Below, one piece after another: positions 13,351 to 26,659 of a DNA stretch of 64,000 nucleotides; the stretch's first letter is position 1, and each line of letters opens with the position of its first letter. Under the pieces are notes generated by a model that was not told the DNA's origin, did no database searches, and saw nothing but the letters and a program-made list of their open reading frames with translations. The stretch covers positions 152,396,001 through 152,460,000 of the forward strand of contig JAGIQG010000001.1 of assembly GCA_024679065.1 (NCBI GenBank). Direction: 5' to 3'. A program made the position numbers and the translations under genes. The DNA is from Sphyrna mokarran. Its lineage: Eukaryota.

Positions 13351-14168
13351 GTACTGAAATGTATTTTATATTTTTCAGATTTATGACAGTGATTAATTTG
13401 ACAACGGATAATTTTACAATATGGCTAAACATAAAGTGAAATATTTTGAACATCAAGGCACATGCCTATGGGTATGTGATTTGCAACATGGTTTGGACTT
13501 CTTTAAAATTATAGTTAAAGGACTTGTGTAATGTCCATAATTAACTGATGGCAGCCTAAAGCAATAACGGCAGAATACGTCACCAACCAAAACAGCAGTG
13601 GAAATGCTTGTTTCCTCCTACTTATTTTTAAACTTAGTTCCGACTGACCAACTGTAGTAAAAGCTTTTCAGGGACTGAATTTTTTTTAAAAAAATGAACA
13701 AATTGACCTTGCAGAATCAGGCAGTGCTGTGTAGCAGATGCACTCCACTGGAACAGCAGCAATGTGTGACTGCTTGATGTGAATTGAAGAGCTATCTTCC
13801 TGGTTCTGCTGATTTCAAGAGATGCGAAGACAATTGCGTGTATCTCCTTGGGAACTAATCAAATGAAAATTAGTTTTGATTTCAAATGTTCAGTTATGAT
13901 TACTTTCACCTTGAAGGCTAATTGTGAAAACGTAACAAAGTTTTTAAACAGATTATATCAATACAATTAATTTTCTGAACATATTTATCTCCACCTATCC
14001 CATTTCTTTGAAGTTACTGCCCCTTGGTATTTTATCCTCATTGACCCACATGTTGATTGTGCTGTGTTCTAGATGTAATCCCCTCAATATTCTTTCAGAA
14101 GCATAGAGAAATTGAATAATTCTGTTGTAGTCAAATTGCCTCTTCTTTCCAAATCCCAAAATAAATGT

Positions 14169-14380
14169 GATATGGAGATGCCAGTGTTGGACTGGGGTGG
14201 GCACAATAAGTCTCTCAACACCAGGTTAAAGTTGAACAGGTTTATATGGAATCATGAGCTTTCGGAGCGCTGATCCTTCATCAAAAGAGGAGTATCATTG
14301 ATTGAGGAACAGCACTATGAAAGCATGTGATTCCATATAAGCACGTTGGCCTTTAAATTGGTGTTGTGAGACTTCCTACT
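14169..14380. mobile_element. Penelope-like terminal repeat in inverted (tail-to-tail) arrangement
   Basis: GATATGGAGATGCCAGTGTTGGACTGGGG...GCTTTCGGAGCGCTGATCCTTCATC followed by a degenerate reverse complement; same family as 21954 and 45281. Confidence 0.7.
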
Positions 14381-14441
14381 ATCAAAATAAGTGTATCCTA
14401 TTAATGATTTGATTCTGCTTCCAGCATGACTCTGAGACAAT

Positions 14442-15332
14442 GGGAAATTTTGTACCCACGTTCACTAAGAGTGCAAACTGATGTTGGCACAAAATCTCAT
14501 AAGAATCAGAATTTGAGATTCTCACCAGCATGTTCACTTTTTTTTGATTTTCTCCGCCCCTTGCTGGTGACATTGTAAGGTTCCCTGGCGAGAACCTCAT
14601 CTTAATACATTTTAATAAATTATTATTGTATTTAAAGGACATCTCTACCTTATGTTCTCCCCACATTTATAATTGCTCCCTTGCTGATGTGATGTTATGT
14701 CAGTATTTTAAATCATGAAGTAGTCTAAGAGGACCTGAGAGGGGCACAAAGATAAGTATAACCCTTAGGACAGAGGGTCATGCCAGAGCACTGCCTCTGA
14801 CACTCTGGCATGTCGGAGAGCAGTGCCAGGGCAGTACCAAGTGCTCCAATGGGAGGAGTGCGCGTAGAGTTGTTTCCCTTTTGTGGGGAGGAGAGGTGTT
14901 GCTCTGCTGCTTGTGTGAGGGGATGGGGTTGCCCCGGTATTTGTGTGGGGTAGTTACCTAGTGCATGTGTGGTTTGGAGGATTCCCCTTATCCATTGGTG
15001 GGGGAATTTCCCTGGTGTATGTGAGGAGGGGTATGCCAGTATCCGTGAGTAAGGGGAGAGGAAGAGTTGCACTGGTGTGTGTGGAGAGTGATTCTCTAAA
15101 TCAATGGGGGATGGTAGGGAAGTTTCTTTAGCTCAGTTCAGGGAACCCCATCAAAACAGCACCACAATTGCAGAGGCAGTGTTGTCTCTTCTATCAATCA
15201 CACTGCCAGCAGTATTTTTCCCCTCTAAGTGCTATATTATCTGGTGAGAAAAGTTTGCGGTGCAGTCAGGGGGCTGCATATCAGTTTTCTTGCCTGAGCC
15301 AGCACTTCAAGAAAGTATCTGAAAATTTCCCC
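14442..15332. mobile_element. Harbinger-type MITE
   Basis: GGGAAATTTT ... GAAAATTTCCCC termini; GC-rich core with GGCAGTGCC motifs shared with other MITEs here. Confidence 0.55.
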
Positions 15333-15589
15333 AGAGTGCTTGTGAGAAACTTGCATTGAACCTTGGCAGCCATGTTCAGGAATGACTCAGTAATTTGCTG
15401 TTTTCTTTCCATTGAAGAAGTGCGATGTGAGAAAGGTGGTGTAGGAAGTTTGCTATATTGGGATCTAGCTTTGAATCCATTCCAGATTGTTCGTTGGAAA
15501 TTCTGCGCTACAGGTTCTCCTTCAAATAAGTTTAAGTAATCTTAATCCAATTCTTTGTGATCCAGTCATTTTTAGGCTTCGTTGAGACC

Positions 15590-16236
15590 AGGATTGGAGG
15601 CAGCTGAGAGCTAGAAGTCACCCTTCAGCCGGTTAGCTGGCTGCATCCTACCTCACCCAAGCCATTTTTGTAGAAGCAGTATGGTGGGAAGGTGGCAGAT
15701 AAATACATGGCCCCTTAAGGGTCACAAAATGCCAATTAATTTTCTAATTGGTCTCCAGGTTCCTGCAGGCAGTGCAGAACTATTTACAACAGATTGCATG
15801 ATTAATTTAGATCCCTAGATGTGGCCTACCAGCAACAGATGGGGAGTCAAGGCTCCGTTCAGGCTTAGACTTTCTGTCTGCATGGCTACTGCATCTTTAT
15901 GGAGAGAGGCTGACACCCATGTAGTGGTGACCTGGATGCAAAGCTATCTTCTAATTTAAATTTTAAATAGTTGCAGAGAGTACCTGTATTATGAGGTCCC
16001 ACCTTCCTGACTTTCCTGCCATTACAGCCGTCTGCTCCTTTGTTGGAAGGTCTCTGATTGGTCCTTCAGCTTTGCCTGCCCACGTGCTGACTTTAATTGG
16101 ATAAGGCCTCCCTTTGGCCTTCAATTGGCTGCCCTGGAGAACATTACATTGAATGATTACTTCCTACATAGTACAGACTTCTGACTCATGTTTCACCCTG
16201 TCTGGAGTGTTTAGAAGCTCAGAGAAAACCCTGCCT
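15590..16236. mobile_element. Decayed MITE-like element
   Basis: GC-richer block ending GAAAACCCTGCC; left end unclear. Confidence 0.35.
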
Positions 16237-18002
16237 GATGTGTCTAGATTACAGGAGAAATTGCGTTGAATTTTTAACTTCATTTTGAAGGAAACATTCA
16301 TACTCTTGTCATAAGAATGTTCCTTTGGGATTGGAGCTGAGGTAAATTACCATTGCAAAGGAAAGAATACTTATTTTTGTGTCTGCTGTGTGCTTTGATT
16401 AATATGTGAGCAGTTGATGCTGATACTTGAATTAAAGTGAAGAAAAAAACATTCCCATCTTCCTAAGCAGAAGTATTTGCCCAAAAATATAAATGAATAA
16501 AACAATGCTTTTAGGTGTTCATTGAAAGATGCAATCAATTTAGGATGCTGATATTGCAAATAAAAATGTTACGTTGTCTTTGTTTACAAACTTTTAAAAT
16601 TGAGGACATGCATTGTGTTGTGAGATGGCCTCATGTGTTGATTTTTGATAGCGTGTGGTTTACTCGATGTAGCAGTCTACCACTTCCTTATACTCTGTCT
16701 CCTGTGCTGAGATGATCAAGAATGTAGTTGCAATGTTTTTTTCTTTCACTTCTGTGTGCAGTTCTGTTGAAGTGCATAGTTGTAATCATTTACAATGAGA
16801 GTTGTGCTCTTCGTGGCTATTCGTGACAGCATTCTTGTTGACACAGGTAAGGAAAAAGAATTAATCCAACATATTGTGTTACAATTTTACTTTGAAACCT
16901 GTATAACTTTTTAATTGAATGTTAGTCTATGTTTAGATCTGTTTGCTGAAAAATTATCAGTTTATCCATCAACTCAGCAATTAGATTGTATACTAATTCA
17001 TCAAAAGTCTGAAGAATTAGTGGCTTTCCTGTTAAAAGATATCAGTTCAATAATTGAATTTGAGGAAAAGTAATATGCAACTGATGAAAACAAATGACAC
17101 ACAGAAGCCTTTAGTGACAGCCTTCCAGTTAAAAATGAGTTTTTGCAAGGATATAGGGGAAAAACATTGATTACTAATACTGTACACACTTCCATCAAAG
17201 ATCTTCTACGTATTCGTTCTGTTAAATGTGAAATAGAGAAGCATGTTTTCACAAGTCAGAAATGTTGAATAACATTTTATGCTGACAGTATTGCTTTGAT
17301 CTATAACTACAGTACAAAAACTCATCTTTCACAAGCATTGCCAGCAATGATAGACTGGTGCTAAAGTCTCAGAATTACATTTTTAACTCTTAAATATTGT
17401 TCTTGGATTCTGTGTTTCAGATCATTCCTCTAGGTGTGTTCTTGCTCTTCCTAATTGGGAGTGCGCCAATATTTAGGTGATGGTATTGAGAGTGGAGACT
17501 GAACAGAATCCCACCATTACTTTGTTTCAACTTATTAATATGCAGTGTTGCCTTGTGTGATCTTGTTGCACTTTGGAAAGCAGTAGAGTGAATATTCCAC
17601 TGTCCTGCTGATCATTCATGAAGGACTGAATACTTGCGCCTCGGATGAGTATAGAAGCATGAGGAGGGAAGGGTGGAGGTATGTATTTTGTGTCAGTGGC
17701 CGGCATGCCAGTTCTCCTTCCATCATGCCTCCACACCATTTTTTATCTACTGCAGTTGTCAGAATCAGAATGGATGGATGTTTTGTGGTACTGTGTACTG
17801 TACTTATTTGGAAAGGAAGAATCCTGTGGTCAGGAAGAAAATGAATAGAATGGGCTCTTGATCATTGTTATTTTGACCCCTGTTAGAATTGAAAGCGAAA
17901 ATTGAATGAGAATGTTAGAGATCTGTGCTGTTCATTGGGGAAAAAGTGGCCCATGAATTTATGTTGCTGACTACTCACGCATAAATAGAAGATAACCAAC
18001 AC

Positions 18003-18275
18003 TGGTTAGCTCTACTACCTTACAGCACCAGGGATACAGGTTTGATTCCCAGCTTGAGTCACTGTGCGGAGTGTGCATGTTCTCCCTGAATCTGTGTTGG
18101 TTTCCTCCAGGTGTCTCCCACAGTTTGAAAAACATGCTGGTTAGGTGCATTGATCATGCTAAAATTCTCCTTCAGTGTACCCAAACAGGTGCCAGAATGT
18201 GGCAACAAAGGGATTTTCACAGTTACTTCATTGCATGTTAATGCAAGCATACTTGCATTAAAATAAATTAAACAA
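18003..18275 (+). mobile_element. V-SINE variant (HE1 head, alternative tail)
   Basis: HE1-like head and V-domain, then GGATTTTCACAGTTACTTCATTGC...AATAAA tail; related copies at 52420-52680 and 24530-24600. Confidence 0.75.
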
Positions 18276-19337
18276 AACTTGTGGAACAGGGCCCAGCAAG
18301 TGGTACAAGGTTTTAAGATGAAAGGAAAAATTGCCAAGAGGGGGAGAAAAAGTAGCAAGTTGATAATAGGCATCTGTTACATGGTGGGGTTGGCAATTGA
18401 GCTAAACAGAATGTTTTAGTAGATCAAGGGAACTTCTGAAAAGAGGAAGCCAGTAATTAGGGTAATAATGCTGAACTAAAATGGTCAGATTCGAGGTCAC
18501 TTTCAAAGTGACTTTATGCAAGAATGCATCTTGGTGCAACATGTTAATAAGGAAGGAAGGAAGGTGCCATGCTTAGTTGATCTTATGTTTTCCAGTGAAC
18601 TGGATATGTTGAGGAACATTTAATTGCTAATAATGACTTTATCATTAGTTCTGATACAATACTTTGTGCAAGAGCAGTTATCAAAATGAAACTGCCAGCT
18701 TTCAAGAGAACCAAATTCATTGAGGAATAGGCCAAAGAATTATTTCAGTGAATTTACTGAAAAGGAAAATACCATGAATAATGGTATTCTTCTGATAACT
18801 AATGGTGATGAACTACATCTCACTAACTGAAAAGGATGGGAATTGTGTGCAAAGTATGCTACCTAAGAGGAAATGATTAAAGCTAAAACCCAAATGATTG
18901 TTCATTGTTAAAAGCACATATATAAATCAAAATAAGTTATTATAATTGTTTAGGAATTTCTGTGAGTAACTGAATGCTGGTGATATTATTTAGTTGTAAT
19001 TGACCTCCGTTACTGGAGCCAGATAGAGCAACATTCCCTCTGCCATTCAATCTCCTGCTCAATGAATTAGCAGGCAAGTCTCACAATCACATGCCACAAA
19101 GATTCAAATATACTATAGAAATTACAACAAAAATTAGACCGATTGGTTTAACCCAGCCGACAAAGATGTTCTCTAAAGCAATAGTTCTAATCCCATATCC
19201 GTGCATGTTCCTATATCCCTTTATTCTCTTACTGTCAACCACCTATAGAACCTATTCTTAAATATTGACATGGTTTAACACCTCAATCCCTAAGTTCAGT
19301 ACTCATTTCAGGATCTTAAAATCCACTGAGTCTAAAG

Positions 19338-19703
19338 TCATAAAGGCTTACAGTATGGAAATAGGCCTTTAGCCCAACTTGTCCATGCTGCCCCTTCTGT
19401 GATTCCTAAGCTAGTCCCAATTGCCAACATCTGGCCTATATCCTTCTATATCCATCTTACCCATGTAACTGTCTAAACTCTTTTCAAAAGACAAAATTGT
19501 ACCCACCTCTACTACTACCTCTGGCAGCTTGTTCTAGACGGTCACCACTCTGTGTGAAAAAATTGTCTCTCTGACCCTTTTGTACTTCTCCCCTCTCACC
19601 TTAAACCTATGCCCTCTAGTTTTAGACTCCCCTAGCTTTGGAAAAAGAAATTGACTATGCAACTAATCTGTGCCCTCATTATTTTATAAACCTCTATAAG
19701 ATC
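19338..19703 (-). mobile_element. CR1/HER1 LINE 3' end, nested in an older CR1 (about 19110-20030)
   Basis: Typical HER1 3' UTR and C-terminal coding remnant on the minus strand; older CR1-like sequence on both sides. Confidence 0.75.
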
Positions 19704-20044
19704 ATTGTTTCAAAGATTTTCTCCTGCCCTCTACTCTAACTCTCTTGCATGTAATCTGATATTTATCTCCCCTCATCATAGATCTTAAAACCACTGGATG
19801 CAGGTGTAATAATTTATCCTCTTCCTTCCCTTAAATATTTTGAATATGTCACCTGATACTCTCTTCAATTCTAACCAAAGCAAATAGCGTATTTATTTTC
19901 CTCTTTCTAGGTAACATCTGAATCTGCACTGCACCCCCTCTGCTTCAATATCCTTCCTAAAGGGTGTAGCCCAAAACTGAACCTGGTCTCACCAAACCTT
20001 TCTGTAGATTTCCTATTACAACCCAACCTTTACATATTTTCACT

Positions 20045-20960
20045 TTTGTTTCAGATGTGAGCATCAATGGCAAGGTTTGCATTTATTCCTAATCTGAATT
20101 GCCCTTCAAAAAGGTTGTAGTGAACAGCTTTCTTGAACTGCAGTTGCCCACATAGTGCGTGTATATCTACAGTGCTTTTATGTAGAGTGGTGTAAGCACA
20201 CCTACACTGCTGTAAGTTAGGGAGCCAAAACTCTGAACCACCAACAGTGAAAAAATAATAGTTCTAGGTTGAGATGCTATGTAACTTTCCATGCATCTAC
20301 TGCCCTGGTCCTTCTGGGTGGTAAACATTGCAGGTTTGGAAGGTGCTGTCAAATGAACTTTGAGTTGCTACCATCTATAAGTACATCTTATAGATGGTAC
20401 TCGCTGCTGCCACTGTATGCTGGTGTTGGAGGGTGTGAATGTTTAAGGGATGGAATGGGTGCTGATCAAATGGGCTGCTTTGGCGTAGATCATGTTGAGC
20501 TCCTTAAGTGTTGTTGGAGCTGCACTCATTCAAACAGGTTGAGAGTATTCAGTCACGTCCCAGATTTGTGCCTTCTAGATGATAGACAGGCTTCAGGGAG
20601 TCAAAATGCATTACTTGCCGAAAAGTTATCAGCTTGTTCATGCAGCCAGAATCTGGTTCAGTTCACTTTCTGATTAATGGTATCCTAGGATATTGATTGT
20701 GGGAGGTTCAGCAATTGTAATGCTATTGAATGCCAAGGGCAGATGGTTAGATTCTCTCGTCAGAGATAGTCAGCCATTACCTGGCACTCGTGGCACAGTA
20801 TTACTTGTCACTTATTAACCCAGGCCTGAATGTTGTCCTGGTGCTTGCAGGTGTGGACTGCCTCAATATCTGGGTAGTTGTAAATGGACTGAACACAGTA
20901 CAAACATCAGTGAATATCCCCACTTCTGACCTTATGTTGATGGGAAGATCATTGAAGCAA
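20045..20960 (-). mobile_element. CR1/L2-group LINE, 3' portion (probable partner of SINE family B)
   Basis: Minus strand reads LPINIRSEVGIFTDVCTVFS...DNIQAWVNK*QV (degenerate FADD region); 3' end resembles the family B tail. Confidence 0.75.
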
Positions 20961-21184
20961 CTGAACCTGGGATATCAATACAGCTTAACCACAAAACCTT
21001 GTATTCCATTACCTTTATTATGGTCTTATCCTATTGCTTTTAATATTGAGCTAGAAGCCTCAAATCCCTGTGCACTTCTATCCATTCAAAGTATAATTTT
21101 TACTTTTATTAATGGGGGAACAGTCTACAATTGTGCATGTAGGTGCATATTAGAACTGCCCTTTGGAAAATGTCTGAAGATGTG

Positions 21185-21343
21185 AAGGTTAGTTGATTGG
21201 CCATGCTAAATTGACCCTAGTATCAGGGGAATTAGTGAAGTGAATGCGTGGGGTTCTGGGAATAGGGCCGGAATAGGTGGGATTGTGGTCAGTACAGACT
21301 CGATGGACCGATTGGCTTCTGTCTGTATTGTAGCGATTCTATG
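21185..21343 (+). mobile_element. HE1 SINE, 3' half
   Basis: GGTTAGTTGATTGGCCATGCTAAATTG...ATTCTATGA. Confidence 0.75.
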
Positions 21344-21953
21344 ACCGCAATCAGATGTGGATACTATGGGAGGATGGACCAATGTCTATCAGTTTAGTCA
21401 AAATAATTGCACTTTTATGCAAATTGTAAGGGATAAAGATTAATTTATGTATACTAAACTGGAAGAGTGAGTGAGAAAAGACCATGGTGTTAGTGTGTGT
21501 GATCTTTAGAGATTTCAGAAATGTGAAATGAGTGGTTCAAGTGATTCACCAGCACCTTCTTGAGGGCAGCAAATGCTGGCCTAATTGATAATGCTCATAT
21601 CCCATGAATGTATCTTAAAGCAGAATATTTGAAGGTTTCAGCAGAGCAAATAAAAAGCACTGTTGTCCTGCCATTAAGCTTTGTTTAAACCTAACCTGGA
21701 ATCTTGTGCTTAGTTTTGGTTCCCTCACAACGTTGAATAATGTAGTGATCTTCAAAAATATTCAGAGGAGGGTTACTAGATTGAGGCTTAGCTTTAAGTC
21801 CTGTGATTTACACAAACTGTTTCTATTTTAGACAAATGTTGACTTTGGGGAGAGGTTGCAGGTGACAGATAGGGAGTCTCCTGGGTACTGATCTCTGAGA
21901 TGTTTATTTTGGAGCTGCTCATGTTTGTGGTGTTCAGTGTGAACTCCCAATTA

Positions 21954-22078
21954 CCTGATGGAGTAGTGCTCTGAAAGCTAGTGGCTTTTGCTACCAAATA
22001 AACCTATTGGACTTTAACCTGGTGTTGTGAGACTTCTTATTTTGTTTACTCTAGTCCAATGCTGGCATCTCCACACCA
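21954..22078 (+). mobile_element. Penelope-like terminal repeat with degenerate hammerhead core
   Basis: CCTGATG-GAGTAGTGCTCT-GAAAGCTAG...AATAAACCTATTGGACTTTAACCTGGTGTTGTGAGAC...GCATCTCCACA; reverse complement of the 14169 and 45281 copies. Confidence 0.7.
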
Positions 22079-23904
22079 TGTCTCTGGAGTGTACAGGAAT
22101 GTCTGGGCTGCTTGATTGCCCTGCAAGGGAAGAGGGATAGCATTAGTTCATGTAATGATAAATGACAGGAAAAAGTTTACTTATTGAAGCTTGCATATTG
22201 GCTGCTGGTCTTGAAGGTCACTCTTTTGTCTACTGCTCCCATCTTGCTCACTATTGTCCTGCTCCTTAATGATCAACTCAAGTGCTTTCTCCTCAAAAGG
22301 AGAGGAACTCCTGAACTTGGGCATGACTCTGGCTGGCTGTGTCCACTCAAACTGTGTTCGAGTTTATCCTGCAATGAGACAGATGGGGAGAGTGTGGGTG
22401 GGAATCCTTCCAGTTCAGATTGGTAATAAAGTGTGGCATGTGAAGAGCAGGTCATCCACGCTTGGAACCATGGTGAGTTGAGACAGAGTGGAAGAAGGCA
22501 GCATGTTTTTGAGTTGGGAACTTGAGAAGGCTAGATGAGACATCACCGTGGAGATGTGAAGAGTATGTTAAGGGGTGCATTGGGAAACATGAGACAGACC
22601 TTGGGTTATTCATCTTCCTGAGACATTGTTGCCCCATCCTTTTCTGGAGCAGCTGACAATGCCATCCAGACAGGTGTCATGACTGTGGCAGAAAAATGTC
22701 TGAGGGAACATGAGTATAAGACAAATCATCTCTGCTGCATACCATCCAGGACTCCCTCAGAATTCAGGTGCTGGGTTGTAGGCAGCAACCCCTCAACTGG
22801 ATCTGGAATGAGTGCTAATGAACTGTTTATATGGAGCGCCTCACAGATTGCAGAGACAAAGGTGTCCTGGGGTAAGGGAATCTGGGGCAGCCTGTCATGA
22901 ACATGGCTCAGATAATTTTCAGGGAAATGATATGAAACAGCCAACTTATGATTTATAATTAAAAATTGTGTTGATAAATCTGATAAAAGATGTTTGAGGA
23001 GATAACCTGATATGATAGACCAGGCTAACAAATGATATGGCATACATGGACTTGCAGTAAGGCACCATGCAGGAAATTAATGGGGATAAGGAAAGAGAGT
23101 AGAATTAGCTGGGTGGGGGTGGGGTGGTAAATGAAGTTTATTAAAAATTAGCTCCAATAGTAAAAACACAAGTGTTGAGGGCAGATTCTCATAGTTGAAT
23201 ATGTACATCAACAATTTGGTCACAAAGCTCAAGAGAATAGTGCCCAACTTTACAAAAGACACCAAATTGAAAATGATTCTAAAGGTCAAAAGAAGCTTCC
23301 ATGAAATGTTGATTAATGGTGGACTGGGCAGAAACTAGCAGGTGAGAAGTGGGTTTGTTCACTGATGATTACACTGTTCAATTCTAGTCACAGTTCATCA
23401 GATAAAGAATTAGTCATGCCCACATTCTGTGAGACCTGGACAACATTCAGGCATGCTTGTAAGTGTCAAGTCACATTCACATTACACGATCATCAGGCTA
23501 TGACCATTTTCACCATGTCCACCTAGTCCAACACCACCATTTCTACATCACAATCTATAAAGAAATCCATTTCAAATGTCATTTTAAGAATAAAGTGAAG
23601 CCCAACAGGAAAGGAAATTGAACATGAAAAATATAATGGATTTCTTAGTGCATCTCTGTTAGATGGGTTTTATTTTGACTTACTTTGTCACATTTTTTGG
23701 TATACAATGGAAAGTATTGTTTCTTGTGCACTTTACAGACAAAGCATACCATTCATAGAGTACATAAGGAAGAAGGAAAGGAGAGAATGCAGAACATAGT
23801 TAGTCATAGCTAGTGTGTAGAGAAAGATCAATTTAATGTAAGGTAGGTCCATTTAAAAGTATGTATGCTAGCAGAATGGTGATTCAACTGAAGCGATAAT
23901 TTAG

Positions 23905-24250
23905 TGGCATAGACTAATGATACAATAACCAATGAGTGGGAATGCCATTGTGGCAGCTAGGGAATTTACATTCTGGAGTAAAAAAAACTGGGATTAGTAA
24001 TGGTGACCATGAAATCACAGGATTGTCCCAAAAGCCCACTTGGTTCAGTAATGCTCTTTAGGGATTAAAATCTGCAGCCCTTACCTAATCATTCGTGCCT
24101 GTATCCAATCCACGATGATATGATTGATACATAACTGCCCTTGGAAATGGATTATTGTAAACCATTCAGTTGTACTCAAGGAAATAGCTCAACTTCTCAA
24201 GGGTATCCAGGAATGGTGGTTATGATTTGCAATGCCAGGAATTAATGAAA
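23905..24250 (+). mobile_element. Shark tRNA-derived SINE (family B), decayed
   Basis: GGTGACCATGAAATCACAGGATTGTC...CTTTAGGGA body motif. Confidence 0.65.
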
Positions 24251-26659
24251 AAGATACTGAGAAGTTAATAAATTTTGAACATTTGTAAATATTTTTCATA
24301 AAATATCTGTAGATAACATGATTGTTCACTGTTAAGTGGAAGATTGGCTTTCAGTAGGATGCCCAGAAGCTTATAAATTGCAAGTTGAGTCACTGAGACT
24401 AAAGAAATCTGTTCTAGGCTTCAATTGTCATATTTATTAGTAATCTTGCTTGTGGGATAGCAAACAGATTGTTTAAAGTTGTTATGGATTTAAATGATTT
24501 GGGCAACTAGATACATAAATAACTTGTAAGGGGATTTTCTTGGTAACTTCACTGCCGTGTTAATGTAAGCCTACTTGTGATACTAATAAATAAACAAAAA
24601 CTTGGACTTATTTAGGATTACTCTTGGCATTTTGGTTTAAAATAATACATAATAGTCTGCTTCACAACATTATAATATTATATGTAATCGTCTCGGAAGA
24701 CTCAGTATTGAATGTTTATTAGCCAATGCATTGGGAGAGCAGACACTCGGAGAATGGGCCTCTGGGACTGATTATCACTGGCTACAGAACCATACAGTAT
24801 TTATATACTGTATGTCTCATAGGGAAAGCACTATTTGCGTTCCAACATTGTCTGGTTTGTGTTTTGCATTAAGTGATTTGGGGGTGCTCACAAAGCAAAG
24901 TGTCTACTATCAAAAGAACTATCTGTCTTATCTCTTTTCAGTCCCTTTTAACTTCTTCCGTAGCGCTTGCTGTTACCTGCCTCAGCCTTGCACTGCTACT
25001 TTTTCTGCTAATTCAGATCATCTACGTATTAGAGGTCACCAGGCATACAAGCTACTCGTGAATTTTGAAGATGTTTTATATCTACTGGTACTGCTTAGCC
25101 GAGTATGCATTCAGCTAGCAACGTCTGTCTTTTTGCCACATCAGCATGTTAGTTGGGTAATATTTTTACCCTGAGTATGAGATTTTATTTAACCTTTCTA
25201 ATACTGCACTGTATAGTTTTCAAAATGTTCCCTAAAATGTTCTCCTCAGTAAGTTACTAGTTCCTTTTGATTTTTGATTGTATTCTTTAACCCTTAATAA
25301 ACTATGATCGTTGTCTGCACTAACGAATTGTTGTAATAGGCCATACTTAGTAGTCTCCTCCTTAGACTAACACAGTGAGTGTAGAATCTGAAAGAATGTG
25401 TGGCAAAAGAAGATATGGGTGTGATGTGGAATCAAGCTGACTCCACAATTTGAGGTTGTTATGAAGCCATACAAAATGACTGTCCAACAGAAGCATAAAA
25501 TGTATAACAAAGAAAAATTGCATCTCATTAGCAAATTTATGTTTGGACATCCTATTTTGACTGTTAAAATATCTATATCTTATTGTACCTGAAGGGCCCT
25601 GCCACCCAAAAAAGGCAAGCAAGGGACCAGAAATGACAAGTTTGTAAACTTGCTGACTTCCTTATCTACTAGTGTAGAACTCTTTCATGTATTACTTGCC
25701 AGTCCTTCATTTAGTCACTTGCATGCATGTTTTCCAAAGTGTTGTGTGATAGGGTTGTGTATAAAATCTCTCTTTTTTTCAGTGCAGTGTTGGCATAAAT
25801 TCAGTCAATGGGCTTGTGTTGTGACTTTTGAAGAAACATTTCCTTAAAATGCTTGAACTCTACTTATAGTTGTTGGACCTTGCTTTAATTTTTCTTCTCT
25901 CCTTGAGTCTAGTGGAAGAGAAAACATTATCAGGGGACCCACTTACATCAGATGTGGTCTGCCTACAGGCTAAAATACAGGCACAACTACTTGGCTGGGT
26001 CAGAGTAGGACTCGCTGTCCAGGTCCAGCAGGGACGTTTTTACTGATTTGTGACATTCGTTGCAAGCAGAATAATAGACATCCTTTCATCACAGTTGTAG
26101 TGTTGGGAGCAACAATCAAGGTCATCAAAGTAATTAATTTTATCCCTCCAGCTCTCTCTAGGCTTGTCACAGGGGATATCTGCAGGGTAAGCCAATTTGT
26201 CGCACACGGCTGAATCAAGCAATTGAATGATTTATTGTCCGACAGTGTAAACATGACCTTTACTTTCCCTAAAGAAGAAGAACAGCAATTATTATTGAAT
26301 TCAATAAAGTACATGGATTACTGGTGATACCACCATTTATACTCTGTGCTTCATTTAGTGCCACACCCCTGAAGTTCACCAGTAGAAGTTCCTAATGTAG
26401 ATGTTGCTGCACCAGTACTTGTGATAGATGACGTGTGTGATGCTTTGTACTGAGAATTGTTGACTTTTTTGTGTCTCTGTGGTTTCTACCTGAGTTACAT
26501 ACAACGCCTGCAGAAATAGAACAAGGATATGTCTTGAAATGCTGGCTGCACTCTCAAACAGAGCCTAACAAGGTAAAATATTGTGTGCTGTCCTGTTGTC
26601 CTTGAATTCAGGCAAATGAGTGAGTAGTGAATGAGGAAGTAATCATTTCTGAGGCAGTC

